NCBI GenBank assembly: GCA_046727115.1
Contig: JBKPBZ010000028.1
Coordinates: 1-62,248, forward strand
DNA length: 62,248 bases
Origin: Actinomycetota bacterium
GTDB taxonomy: Bacteria > Actinomycetota > Actinomycetes > Actinomycetales > Micrococcaceae
Direction of reading: 5' to 3'
Made by a program: the position numbers and the translations under genes. Shown in pieces: positions 34,485-43,592 of this stretch. Every line of letters starts with the position of its first letter. Position 1 is the first letter of the stretch. The notes under the pieces were generated by a model, which made no database searches, was not told the DNA's origin, and was given only the letters and a program-made list of their open reading frames with translations.

Positions 34485-35344
34485 GGTTCACCTCCAGCCG
34501 GCAGCGCGGCCTGCAGGGCGGACGCCAGCGCCGTGGTCGACGGGCGACGGTACCGGGCGAACGCATCGGCGGTGCGGGCAGCGCCCGACCGTGGCATGTC
34601 CCTGGTCGGGAGCGGTTCGTCATCCCAGCATTCCCCGTTCAGCCATGTCGCCGGGTGCTTCGTGTAGCCCGGGTCACGGTTGGGGTCCTTGGCGTAGCTG
34701 TGCGCTCCAGCCACCATGACCTCCGGCAGCACGCCCCGGCGACGGGCCGTCGCCCACGCCTTGCGTGCCTGGCCCTTCCCGACCTTCAACGGGAACACCC
34801 GCCAGAACTCCACGAACGCTAGGTCACGGTCTGATCCCAGCACCTGGCCGACGGCCTGATGATGCGCTTGGTCGGGCAGCGCCGCAGGCGCCGGGTTACC
34901 CACCAACGCAAGTTGTCCGCGCGATGTAGGTAGGGCTGGTAGTTCCACTGGTAGTTCCACTGGCAGTTCTTGCCCGGCCATGGTGGCCGGTGAGGTCTGC
35001 ATCAGATGGCCGGTGAGGTTGTCGTCAATGGCCGGTGAGATCGGGGGTTCAGCGGCCACGGTGGCCGGCGGGCGCAGGGTGAACAGATCGGACGTCCGGT
35101 AGCCATCGGAGCGGCGGCGTTCGTCCCGGCGGATCAGCCCGTCCGCCTCCATTTCGGCCAGGAGGCGGCGGATGGTGCGTTCACCTAGTTCGGTGACCTC
35201 GGCCAGGGTCTGCTGGCCAGGCCAGCACTGCCAGTTCTCATCCGCGTAGCTGGCCAGGGTGATGAGGATGAGCTTCTTGGACGCTGAGCCGCAGAGGGTG
35301 GTGCTGGCCCAGGCCATGACCTCGAACGGCTTGGCCGCGGTCAT
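34481..35344 (-). CDS. HTH replication initiator protein
   Basis: KLILITLASYADENWQCWPGQQTLAEVTELGERTIRR; FVEFWRVFPLKVGK; KHPATWLNGECWDDE. Confidence 0.85.
   Translation of the reverse strand: MTAAKPFEVMAWASTTLCGSASKKLILITLASYADENWQCWPGQQTLAEVTELGERTIRRLLAEMEADGLIRRDERRRSDGYRTSDLFTLRPPATVAAEPPISPAIDDNLTGHLMQTSPATMAGQELPVELPVELPALPTSRGQLALVGNPAPAALPDQAHHQAVGQVLGSDRDLAFVEFWRVFPLKVGKGQARKAWATARRRGVLPEVMVAGAHSYAKDPNRDPGYTKHPATWLNGECWDDEPLPTRDMPRSGAARTADAFARYRRPSTTALASALQAALPAGGEP
34939..35070. repeat. Iteron-like repeats inside the initiator gene (candidate origin)
   Basis: TGGCCGGTGAG at 34984, 35007 and 35029; tandem AGTTCCACTGG nearby. Confidence 0.65.
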
Positions 35345-35363
35345 GCGCTGGCCTGCACGTGGT

Positions 35364-35525
35364 GTAGCGGGGTAACGTTGCCCGGTCTGGGCATAGGGAG
35401 CAGCACCTCCTGATGTCTCGAAGGGTCGGCCTGGCTGGGCCGGCCCTTCTCGCGTCCTGGTGTGGGCCGGCATCGTACGCCCCCACCGGCCAGGGCGCCA
35501 CACACCGCCCGTACCGCGCTAACGT
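35364..35525. promoter_or_regulatory. Divergent promoter region with two motif copies (35364-35376, 35511-35523)
   Basis: Both copies end in plus-strand TAACGT; GGAGG RBS before 35561. Confidence 0.7.
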
Positions 35526-35560
35526 TGGGTGTCACCCCTTCCCACCTGGAGGAACACACC

Positions 35561-36193
35561 ATGACGGACCTGATGGAACAGACCGACCTGGAGGCCGCGC
35601 TCGATGAATGGCTGGCCGGCGCGCTGGACGAAGCGGACGGGCCACCCCAGGACCAGGACGGCGCCGATCGCCTCCTCGGCGCCCTGCGGGTCGTGGAACG
35701 CCGCGAGGCCGACATCACCGCGCTGGTCAGGGCACGCGTCGAGTCGTTGATGGCGTGGAAGAACCAGCAGCTGGAACAGCTGGGCGGCCGGCGCCGGTGG
35801 CTGGAGGGGCAGCTGGAGGCGTGGACGCGTGCCCAGCACAGTGAGATCGGCCGGCAGACGTGGAAGGTCCCGAACGGGACGCTGGCGTTGCGGCAGCGGC
35901 AGGTGAAGGTTGAGCTGGACGACAGCTACGCCAAGGACCCTGTGGTGATCGACCGGTACGTCGACCTGCTCGGCCCCGGGGTTGTGAAGACGGAGCGCAG
36001 CATCCGGGCCGGTGAGGCCAAGGCGATGGTGGAACCGGGCGAGATCATCGCCGGGGCGACCGCGCCGGACGGCTACGAGGCCCGGCAGGCGATCACCGGT
36101 GACGACGAGCACGGCTGGCAGGTGCTGCCCGGCATGGTGCTGCTGGTGCCCACGCAGCTGGGTTTCAAGGCCACCCCGTCAGGGCTGGCGTGA
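35561..36193 (+). CDS. Mu Gam-like DNA end-binding protein
   Basis: Coiled coil then QTWKVPNGTLALRQRQ; adjacent to the recombinase. Confidence 0.75.
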   Translation: MTDLMEQTDLEAALDEWLAGALDEADGPPQDQDGADRLLGALRVVERREADITALVRARVESLMAWKNQQLEQLGGRRRWLEGQLEAWTRAQHSEIGRQTWKVPNGTLALRQRQVKVELDDSYAKDPVVIDRYVDLLGPGVVKTERSIRAGEAKAMVEPGEIIAGATAPDGYEARQAITGDDEHGWQVLPGMVLLVPTQLGFKATPSGLA

Positions 36194-36465
36194 TGGACCG
36201 CGACGACACGGTGGTCACGCCGATCACCAAGACGCAGGCGGCCCTGCGCCCGGGCGGCATCCTGGGTGCCCTGCAGGAGGCGGCGTTGGGCGCCGATTCG
36301 GTCGAGCACAGCGATGGGATGCGTCGCCGGGCCGTGTCCCGGGACCGCGCCCGCACCGTCCAGGTGTGGGCCATCGCCGTCGGGGTCGTCGGCCTGACGG
36401 TCGAGGTGGTGGTGATCCTGCCGCTGCTGCTGTGGGGCCTGGCCCACGGGTGGTGGTGGACGTGA
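36193..36465 (+). CDS. Small membrane protein
   Basis: TGATG coupling; C-terminal transmembrane segment. Confidence 0.6.
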   Translation: MDRDDTVVTPITKTQAALRPGGILGALQEAALGADSVEHSDGMRRRAVSRDRARTVQVWAIAVGVVGLTVEVVVILPLLLWGLAHGWWWT

Positions 36466-37967
36466 CCGCCACCGACCAGGACGCCGAGCACGTTGAGGCT
36501 GAGCTGGTCGATCGGCCCCAGGTGCCGGCGGTCCCTGATCAACCCGCACAGGCGGCGATCGAGGCCGCGGCGGCCGCGGCGCTGGCAATGCCCGGTGTCC
36601 CAGGCCGCGACGAGTTTCTGTCGCTGGCTATGCAGGCCCGGGTCCTGTCCCTGTCCGGCGCGGCGCCGGAGGCGGTGCGGAACAACCCGCACGTCGCGTT
36701 CCACGTCGCGATGGTCGGCCGCGACCTGGGCATCAGCCCGTCCGCCGCCCTGCAGCTGATCGACGTGTTGAAGACCAGCAGCGGCTATCAGCTGTCCCTG
36801 TCCCCGCAGCTGCTGAACGGCCAGATCCGGCGCCTGGGCCTGGGCGCCATCCGGCCCGTGGTCCAGGAACGTGACCGGTGCGTCGCCGCCGCGGTCGCCC
36901 CAGACGGCACCGTGTTGGGCGAGACGGAATTCACGTGGGAGGACGCCCGGGACGCCGGGCTGGTCGGCGCCCAATGCAAGCCCGGCGACCACCACAAGAC
37001 CCTGCAGCGCAAGCGGAAGGACGGCAGCACCTACCAGGTGTGCGGCTGCAACCAGGGGTACATCACGTACCCGCGGCGGATGATGTGGTGGCGGGCCAGC
37101 GGGTTCTGCGCCAACGACTACTTCCCCGAGGCCGGGCTGGGCCTGTACAGCCCGGAGGAACTGGGCGCGGTCGTGGATGACGAGGGCCGCCCGATCGACC
37201 CCGCCACTGTCGCGCTGCCCGCCGGGTACGACGATCCCAAGGAGCTGGAGCAGGCGAAGCAGGCGGAACAGCAGGCGCAGCGTGAGGCCCCGGCTGATCC
37301 GGTCGAGTTGATGCAGCTACAGCTGCGGATCGCTGCGTTGCCCGACCAGGCGCGCAGCGACCTGGCGAAGGCGTGGGTGCATCCGGAGTCCCGGCTGCGT
37401 GGGGTTCCCGCCCGGGCGGTGCCCCATCGCCTCCTGGCGCAGGCGAAGGCGATGGTGAACGCCCATTGGGGGAAGGCCAAGAGGGCTGGGGTGGACATGG
37501 ACCTGCAGCTGGCCCTCGTCCACCAGGAACTGGCCAACATCGTCCGCGCCAGCCTGATGGCGTTCATCCAGTGGCCCGCCGCAGGCCCCCAGACCGCCCA
37601 GGACGCCCCAGAACCGTCTACCGGCCCAGACCCCGCGCCGGAGGCCCCTCAGGCCACCCAGGGCGATCCTGGCGGCGAATCCGGGGACGCTGACATCGAA
37701 CAGGTGGACTGGCGGCCCGTGCTGCGGGCCGCGGCGGCGATGGTGCAGGAGCTGATCACGAAGGTGCCGGAGGACGTCGCGGCCCGGATCTCGGCCGAGG
37801 TCAAGGCGATGCACCACACCAAGATCAACGGCATCATCGCCATCGACGCCGCCGACGACATCCGGGTGCCGCCCGATGCGCCCATCGATCTACGGCGCAT
37901 GGTCGTGGCCGCCACATGGATGGACCAGTTCCTGACGACCGGGGAGGTGCCGACAGCCGATGGATAG
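36462..37967 (+). CDS. RecT/Erf-like single-strand annealing recombinase with long C-terminal extension
   Basis: GRDLGISP...FTWEDARDAGL...YPRRMMWWRA...FPEAGLGLYSPEEL. Confidence 0.75.
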   Translation: MTATDQDAEHVEAELVDRPQVPAVPDQPAQAAIEAAAAAALAMPGVPGRDEFLSLAMQARVLSLSGAAPEAVRNNPHVAFHVAMVGRDLGISPSAALQLIDVLKTSSGYQLSLSPQLLNGQIRRLGLGAIRPVVQERDRCVAAAVAPDGTVLGETEFTWEDARDAGLVGAQCKPGDHHKTLQRKRKDGSTYQVCGCNQGYITYPRRMMWWRASGFCANDYFPEAGLGLYSPEELGAVVDDEGRPIDPATVALPAGYDDPKELEQAKQAEQQAQREAPADPVELMQLQLRIAALPDQARSDLAKAWVHPESRLRGVPARAVPHRLLAQAKAMVNAHWGKAKRAGVDMDLQLALVHQELANIVRASLMAFIQWPAAGPQTAQDAPEPSTGPDPAPEAPQATQGDPGGESGDADIEQVDWRPVLRAAAAMVQELITKVPEDVAARISAEVKAMHHTKINGIIAIDAADDIRVPPDAPIDLRRMVVAATWMDQFLTTGEVPTADG

Positions 37968-38244
37968 CGGCCAGGAGCTGTTCACGAACCTGGAACGCGC
38001 GCTGGCCAGGAAACTGGCCGACGCCACCCCGCACACGGCATGGGACGCCCAACTCTTCGACGTCCACGATGCCCAGGGGATCGTGGACGGCCTAGTCCTG
38101 CACATCTGCCGGGCCGGTCACCAGTTCCCACGTGCCCAGCTACTGCTGCCCGACCCATCGTTCGATCGTGACGTGTCCTGGGTGCATCACCACACCGACC
38201 GGATCGTCACGTTCCTGGCCACCGCGCTGGCGGCCCACAACTGA
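37960..38244 (+). CDS. Hypothetical protein
   Basis: Overlaps the recombinase stop; precedes a terminator. Confidence 0.65.
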   Translation: MDSGQELFTNLERALARKLADATPHTAWDAQLFDVHDAQGIVDGLVLHICRAGHQFPRAQLLLPDPSFDRDVSWVHHHTDRIVTFLATALAAHN

Positions 38245-38249
38245 CGCGG

Positions 38250-38285
38250 TGCGGCCCACCGGCGACGAACGACCGGTGGGCCGCA
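38250..38285. terminator. Likely bidirectional terminator between convergent operons
   Basis: 13-bp perfect inverted repeat TGCGGCCCACCGG/CCGGTGGGCCGCA. Confidence 0.75.
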
Positions 38286-38346
38286 TCAACCCCTGGGGAC
38301 CCAGGCCCATGACGACCTGTACCCGGCAGCGAGTGTAGACGGGGGG

Positions 38347-38688
38347 TCAGCCGTCGGGGAACGCCCCCAATTTCGGTTCAGCCGCCGACTGGGTGTTGTC
38401 CACCGCCTTGGTGAAGTCGTGGACGACGCTTCCGGTCGATCCCAGCGCGGTGGCGGCGAGCATCAGTGAGGCGATGTCGGCGTGCCCGAGGGCGACGTTG
38501 AGGCCGGGGAGCATGATCGCTGATGTGGCGTCCGCCTGGGACCCCAGCATCAGCACCGCGAACGCTGCGAGCCACGGGACCACGGTCGTGGCCGACTGAC
38601 GCACCTGGCCGGCCAGCATGTACTTGATCAGGGACGTGACCTTGATGGCCAGCGCGGCCAACGCGGCCCAGGTGGTGAAGTCCTCCAT
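38347..38688 (-). CDS. Holin-like membrane protein
   Basis: About three hydrophobic segments; follows the endolysin; AGGAGG RBS. Confidence 0.65.
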   Translation of the reverse strand: MEDFTTWAALAALAIKVTSLIKYMLAGQVRQSATTVVPWLAAFAVLMLGSQADATSAIMLPGLNVALGHADIASLMLAATALGSTGSVVHDFTKAVDNTQSAAEPKLGAFPDG

Positions 38689-38885
38689 CACGGAACCTCC
38701 TGGTAGATGGTTGACCGTGAGCGTACGCGCCACGACCCCCGGACACCTGGGTACCCCAACCCGTGGCATCGACGGAGGTCGCGCGCATGCGTTGACCGCA
38801 GCCCGGTCACCCTACACGCGGCACGACCCCCGGGGATGAGGCCGGGGGCCGTGGCACGCCTTGGTAGGCCAGCGAGGCTAGTTGG

Positions 38886-39590
38886 TCAGGCGAACAGGAC
38901 GCTGTGGTACGTGTGCTCACCAGCGACCCCATCGACCGTGAGGCCGTGGGTGCGCTGCCAGTCCATGACCGCCCGCTGGGTCAGGGGACCGAACACGCCG
39001 TCGGCCGCCAGGCTGTAGCCACGCTGACGCAGCAGCGACTGCCACACCCGCACACCCGCACCCTCATCGCCGAGGCGGACGGTGCCCGGATACGTGGCTG
39101 GCGGCGTCGGCTTGGTCGACGGGGCCGGCGGCGGCGACGTCGGCGTCAGGAACGCCCGCAGCCGCGCCGTGATGATGTGCGCCTGCGTGACGGTCCCCAT
39201 GAACTCGAAGTGCATGGGGTCGGGCCACGAGAAGTCGCCGCCCCACCGGAACCCGTGGCCCTTCCACAGGTCCACGACCTTGCGCGGGATGTTGGTGATC
39301 ATCGGTAGCCCGCGGGGCCGGCGCGGGTTCGACGGGGCGTTGATGTCGACCGCGGTGCCCTGGCTGTGGTTGCTGGGGATCGACGTGTTCGCGATCGGCC
39401 GGCACGCGTACCCCCACGTCTCCCCTGGCTTGATGTCGTAGCCGGCCAGTTCGGTGAGGCCCATCAGCAGGGTGACGAGATCGGCGAGGTCCCGGTGGAT
39501 GGGGAGGCGGAGGCCGTCGTGGCGGGTGATGGTGATGATGCGGTCACGGTTGCAGTTGGGCCACATGGGGCCGAACGAGGCGTCACCCAT
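38886..39590 (-). CDS. Endolysin: M15 peptidase plus peptidoglycan-binding domain
   Basis: SNHSQGTAVDINA, DPMHFE; DGVFGPLTQRAVMDWQRTHGLTVDGVAG. Confidence 0.9.
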   Translation of the reverse strand: MGDASFGPMWPNCNRDRIITITRHDGLRLPIHRDLADLVTLLMGLTELAGYDIKPGETWGYACRPIANTSIPSNHSQGTAVDINAPSNPRRPRGLPMITNIPRKVVDLWKGHGFRWGGDFSWPDPMHFEFMGTVTQAHIITARLRAFLTPTSPPPAPSTKPTPPATYPGTVRLGDEGAGVRVWQSLLRQRGYSLAADGVFGPLTQRAVMDWQRTHGLTVDGVAGEHTYHSVLFA

Positions 39591-39786
39591 CGCCGTCATC
39601 TCCCGCGTCAACGTCAAGGATGGGATCGAGGGACTGGGTGGGGAGGTCCACGTCGTCGGGGACCGGTTCGGCGGGGCTGGCGCCGTCGCACACCGAATGT
39701 TCCTCGTGGAACATCGGGTAGGCGCTGGGGGCGTTGTGCGCCACCGTCGCCTCCTCCAGGACCCAGTCAGGGGTTGTGTCGGTCAT
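39583..39786 (-). CDS. Small acidic protein, leaderless, coupled to the endolysin
   Basis: TAACGT-7 nt-ATG; overlaps the lysin start. Confidence 0.6.
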   Translation of the reverse strand: MTDTTPDWVLEEATVAHNAPSAYPMFHEEHSVCDGASPAEPVPDDVDLPTQSLDPILDVDAGDDGDG

Positions 39787-39793
39787 AGGACCG

Positions 39794-39808
39794 ACGTTAC
39801 CGCGCTAC
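39794..39808 (-). promoter_or_regulatory. Motif GTTACCGCGCTAC; leaderless promoter of the lysis unit
   Basis: -10 TAACGT 7 nt before ATG 39786; contains the upstream TAG stop. Confidence 0.78.
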
Positions 39809-40221
39809 CCCTTGTCCAGCTGTGCCTGGGCCTTCGCCCGGTCACATGGCGGGGACGGGTACCGCGCCCACACGTCGGGCCGGTCGCCGACCAGGTCCGT
39901 CATGATCTGCTTGAACAGCTCATACCGGACGTGGTTGCTGATGCAGGCCCTGGCGGTATCAAGGTCACGGAGGTGGATCTGGGCGTCCAACCGGTCGATG
40001 GTGGCCTGCAGACGGGCATCGATAACAGCCTGGTGACGGTCAGTAGCAGCCTGGTGGTCGTTGATGCGCCGCTGCTGACATGACGCGACCCCGAACAGCA
40101 GCAATCCGACCACGGCCATGACCACCATCAGCAGCAGGCCACGCAGGACCGACACCAGATCCTTCCGTGGCACCGACACCTGCTGGTGCCCGTCGGCCGG
40201 CGGGTCGATGTCGTCGGTCAT
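39805..40221 (-). CDS. Membrane protein (possible lysis accessory)
   Basis: Transmembrane segment plus coiled coil with Cys residues. Confidence 0.7.
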   Translation of the reverse strand: MTDDIDPPADGHQQVSVPRKDLVSVLRGLLLMVVMAVVGLLLFGVASCQQRRINDHQAATDRHQAVIDARLQATIDRLDAQIHLRDLDTARACISNHVRYELFKQIMTDLVGDRPDVWARYPSPPCDRAKAQAQLDKG

Positions 40222-40224
40222 CTG

Positions 40225-40308
40225 TCACCTCGCCAGGAACGCGATCAGCATGCCGGCCAGCAGCAGCAGGAGCGCCGATGGGTAGGCGACCTGCAGGTAC
40301 CGGGTCAT
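40225..40308 (-). CDS. 27-aa hydrophobic peptide
   Basis: MTRYLQVAYPSALLLLLAGMLIAFLAR; ATGA coupling. Confidence 0.4.
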   Translation of the reverse strand: MTRYLQVAYPSALLLLLAGMLIAFLAR

Positions 40309-40532
40309 TTGAGCATCCCGCGGATCTTCGCCACGCCGTCCACGCCGAGGGTGCCGAACAGCACCGCGAGGATGAAGCTGTAGGACTGGACGCGGGCGCC
40401 CCAGAACGCCATCTCCAGAGTCCCCCACACCAACGCCACCAGCACGATGATGACCTTCAACCACGACGGGGGCGCCCATGGTGGCGACTGCGCCGGGGCA
40501 GCATCTGGGGGCGGCTGAACTACCTCGGTCAC
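40305..40532 (-). CDS. Two-transmembrane protein (holin/antiholin-like)
   Basis: GTGA coupling; two hydrophobic segments. Confidence 0.65.
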   Translation of the reverse strand: MTEVVQPPPDAAPAQSPPWAPPSWLKVIIVLVALVWGTLEMAFWGARVQSYSFILAVLFGTLGVDGVAKIRGMLK

Positions 40533-41644
40533 CCTGCACCCGCTGTCACCTTCGTGTCGCTGCGCCGCGCCCGGGCGTCCGCCCAGGCCTCCAACCACCG
40601 CCAGGCATTGCCCTCGATGGTGTTAGCCGCCGCGATCGTTCTCCCCGCCTCCGACATCTCCACCCGCCGGGCTGGGTCGCGTGTCAGGTCACGCAGCACC
40701 GCCCTCCACACCTTCGGTTTCGTCGCCACCACGCAGTGGTCACCCAGGGCCGCCCACGCCTGGTAATCGGCTGCCGGGCTGACCACCGCCGGGACCCCGA
40801 CCGCCGCGTACTCCATCGGCTTCAACCGCGACTTGGCATCGTTGAACCGGGTGGCCGCCAGCGGGGCGATGCCGACACCAAACCGGGCGATCGCCGACGG
40901 CCACGCATCCAGGGTCACGTCCCCCGGGCCAGGAGGATCGGCCGGCAGGCCTAGGGCGCGGCCCACGCCAGCCGGGTTCCCCACCGTCTCGAACCGCCCA
41001 CCCGACCGCACCAGGTCAGCGACCGCCACACCAACCTGCTGCAGGTCATCGGGATGGGAATGGACGCTGCCGCCCCAGCCGACCAGGTCACTGTCCTCAT
41101 GCGGGACGTCCAGGTAGGCGGCCGGCACGTAGTTCGGGATGATCGCCACCCGACCATGGGCGCCGTAGAAGCGGGCGAGTTGCGGGGTCGTGACCGTGAC
41201 CAGGTCGGCGCGCCTGCATGCCTCAGTGGCGTTGTGGTGGCTGTGCAGATTCGGGACCGGCACCCTGATGCCCTTCTTCTCGTCCCGCAGCCAGCGGGTG
41301 GTCCCCAGCATCTCGAACGCCGGGTTGCGGCCGTCGATGTGGGCCAGGTCATCGTCCATGTCGACCACCACCGCCACGCCACGTTCCTGCAACTTCGTCA
41401 CCAGCTGCGGCATGAAGAAATTGGTGGGCCGCTGCAGCACCACCACGTCCGCGTCGCCGGGCAGTGATTCCTTCTGCAGCTCCTGCGTGTAGGGGTTGAT
41501 CTGCATGGGGATCGCCCGGTCACCGGGCAGCACCACGGTGATGGTGCAGCCGTCGCCCATGGCCTCAGCGGCCGCCTGGGCGGGCCAGATCATGCGGTAG
41601 CTGCCGCACCCCCACTGGTCAGCGGGGTAGACGTAGATGTTCAC
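40529..41644 (-). CDS. GT-B fold glycosyltransferase
   Basis: GCGSYRMIWP, VVLQRP, DMDDD, ADLVTVTT, VGWGGS...H, GIAPL...FNDAKSRLKPMEY. Confidence 0.88.
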   Translation of the reverse strand: MNIYVYPADQWGCGSYRMIWPAQAAAEAMGDGCTITVVLPGDRAIPMQINPYTQELQKESLPGDADVVVLQRPTNFFMPQLVTKLQERGVAVVVDMDDDLAHIDGRNPAFEMLGTTRWLRDEKKGIRVPVPNLHSHHNATEACRRADLVTVTTPQLARFYGAHGRVAIIPNYVPAAYLDVPHEDSDLVGWGGSVHSHPDDLQQVGVAVADLVRSGGRFETVGNPAGVGRALGLPADPPGPGDVTLDAWPSAIARFGVGIAPLAATRFNDAKSRLKPMEYAAVGVPAVVSPAADYQAWAALGDHCVVATKPKVWRAVLRDLTRDPARRVEMSEAGRTIAAANTIEGNAWRWLEAWADARARRSDTKVTAGAG

Positions 41645-41862
41645 GCCGCGGGCTTGACCGTCATGTAGTTGGACTGGTCCAGCGCGTGCCATGCCGCGTC
41701 GAACTGGTCCTCGGGCAGCACGACCTGTGGGTCACCGTCGGCGACGGCGCCGTACCACATGTGGACGACCCCGTTCACGACCTCGCCGACGGCGTAGACG
41801 GTGTCATCCACGTTGGACCGGATCTCGAACTTGCCCTCGTCGTTGGTCGACAGCATCGTCAT
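41641..41862 (-). CDS. Small acidic hypothetical protein
   Basis: Coupled at both ends. Confidence 0.65.
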   Translation of the reverse strand: MTMLSTNDEGKFEIRSNVDDTVYAVGEVVNGVVHMWYGAVADGDPQVVLPEDQFDAAWHALDQSNYMTVKPAA

Positions 41863-42467
41863 CCTCCTGGCCGGCGGCCGAGCGCTTCTACGTTCAACCA
41901 GGCTTCCACGTCGGCCGCAGTGTTCCATCTCGTCACCTCAGCCGGCGGGATAATGCGGCAGGGGTACAGATACCCGACGTGCAGGACATCGAGGCCAGCG
42001 TCCTCCATGATCCCTGCCAGGGCCTCGGCGGAGAAGCGGAAGTAGTCGCTGGGGTAGCCGTGCAGCGGGAACGTCTGGTGGGTCTGGACGTACACCAGGC
42101 CCCCGGGACGCACCACGGCCGCCGCCTCACCCATCGCCAGCCACGGCCGGCGTAGATGCTCGAACACCGAGCAGGCCACGTAGGCGTCGAACAGGTGGGC
42201 AGCGTCAGGGTTGTGGTCGAGGGCCAGTTCCTCGCTGAGCCGGTGGGCATCCACGACCTCGTCCACGTCCTGGCCCGGGTAGGCGTCAGTACGCAGCCAG
42301 GTGCCGTGGGGTGCCCAGGCGGTGTGGTGCGTCGGGAACTCGGGGTCCGAGCGTAGGGTGCCGACCTCGATCACCCGGGGCCGATCCATGGCGTCGAGAT
42401 GGTCGATCAGCTGGCGGGCGCCGGGGGCGTCGCCCTCCCCGATCCGGGCGCCGTCGGTGACCGTCAT
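41859..42467 (-). CDS. Class I SAM-dependent methyltransferase (small-molecule/sugar type)
   Basis: VIEVG, DAH, SVFEHL, VRPGG, PLHGYPSDYFRFS. Confidence 0.85.
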   Translation of the reverse strand: MTVTDGARIGEGDAPGARQLIDHLDAMDRPRVIEVGTLRSDPEFPTHHTAWAPHGTWLRTDAYPGQDVDEVVDAHRLSEELALDHNPDAAHLFDAYVACSVFEHLRRPWLAMGEAAAVVRPGGLVYVQTHQTFPLHGYPSDYFRFSAEALAGIMEDAGLDVLHVGYLYPCRIIPPAEVTRWNTAADVEAWLNVEALGRRPGG

Positions 42468-42631
42468 ACCTGTCCCTCTCCTGGGTAGCTGATCCCCTTG
42501 AACGCGCCCGGCGGGGCCGGGGTATCGCACCACATGCAGCACCAGCCGGGCGGGTCATGCGTCCAGGCGTGCAGACACCGCCGTTGCCGACGGCGCCGAC
42601 GCCACAGCCGGAACCGCCCCAGCAGATTCAT
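42464..42631 (-). CDS. 55-aa Arg/Cys-rich protein (not in the ORF track)
   Basis: MNLLGRFRLWRRRRRQRRCLHAW...WCCMWCD...; ATGA-coupled at both ends. Confidence 0.55.
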   Translation of the reverse strand: MNLLGRFRLWRRRRRQRRCLHAWTHDPPGWCCMWCDTPAPPGAFKGISYPGEGQV

Positions 42632-43191
42632 GCTGGGCCACCGAACAGCAGCGGCATGAGCGACAGCTGATCGTTGACGATTAGGTCCAGGCAGCTGGCC
42701 TGGTCAGGGTCTGTCCAGACCCACCCGTAGCGCATCGCCCCGACCTGGTGGCGCAGCCCGCGCCGCAGCTCACGGTTGTACCGCAACAGCTCCTTCTGCT
42801 CCGCCTTCGGCTTATCGGCCACCCGGGCGGTCAACCGTTCCCGGATCACCCGCCATGGGGGGTCCAGCATCACCCAACCGACGTGCAGGTCACGGTTCTT
42901 CACCGCGCTGGCCCACGCCGGGGATTCGACCACCCTGAACGGCCACACGATGCCCGTCACGATCAGGAGGTGATCCTGGTCGTCCAGTGGCAGCCGACGG
43001 GACATCTCGTCCGCCATGAGCAGCTGCTCAGCTGCCTGCCAGCGCAGCCAGTCCAGCCACGCTGTGCCCGGGCGGACCCCGGCGTCCTCGTCCAGATCAT
43101 GGACATCGACCTCCGGCCGGGCCTTCTGGACCTGCTGGCCCAGCGTCGTCTTACCGGCGCATGACACGCCGGTCACGAAGAGGAGCTTCAT
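42628..43191 (-). CDS. P-loop kinase (nucleotide/sugar kinase-like)
   Basis: LFVTGVSCAGKTT, DLDE, RERLTAR lid motif. Confidence 0.78.
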   Translation of the reverse strand: MKLLFVTGVSCAGKTTLGQQVQKARPEVDVHDLDEDAGVRPGTAWLDWLRWQAAEQLLMADEMSRRLPLDDQDHLLIVTGIVWPFRVVESPAWASAVKNRDLHVGWVMLDPPWRVIRERLTARVADKPKAEQKELLRYNRELRRGLRHQVGAMRYGWVWTDPDQASCLDLIVNDQLSLMPLLFGGPA

Positions 43192-43592
43192 GCCGGCGGT
43201 GGGGTCAGCAGGGGCACCTGCTCAACGTAGGTGCCCTGGTAGCCGGTGGGGCTGCCGAATGCCCTGGCGATGTCCGCCACCATGGCCTCCGGTGGTTCGG
43301 TGACGTAGACACCGTGGATGTAGGGGCCGTTCAGGCCGACGTCGGACACCACGACCCACACGTTCATGGGCCACAGGCCGCCGGGCCACTGCCCGGGCAG
43401 TTCCACCGGTTCGCCCGTGCCGTCGGTGCGGACCACGCCGGGGTCATCGAAGGAGCCGAACGGCGGATAGACAGGGCCGCCGGTGACCAGCTGGCTGGCT
43501 GCGTCGAACTCGATCTCGATGGTGCCGTCGTCGTTGCGGGCGATCACCGCGTGGTCCGTCCCTAGGGGCATTTCGCCCTCGATGCGGGCCAT
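43188..43592 (-). CDS. Hypothetical protein
   Basis: Coupled ORF. Confidence 0.65.
   Translation of the reverse strand: MARIEGEMPLGTDHAVIARNDDGTIEIEFDAASQLVTGGPVYPPFGSFDDPGVVRTDGTGEPVELPGQWPGGLWPMNVWVVVSDVGLNGPYIHGVYVTEPPEAMVADIARAFGSPTGYQGTYVEQVPLLTPPPA

Noticed and set aside
120-35340. Numerous long plus-strand ORFs (e.g. 4020-5597, 20107-21573, 25003-26112)
   Set aside because: Antisense shadows of real minus-strand genes in GC-rich DNA; no motifs, RBS or coupling
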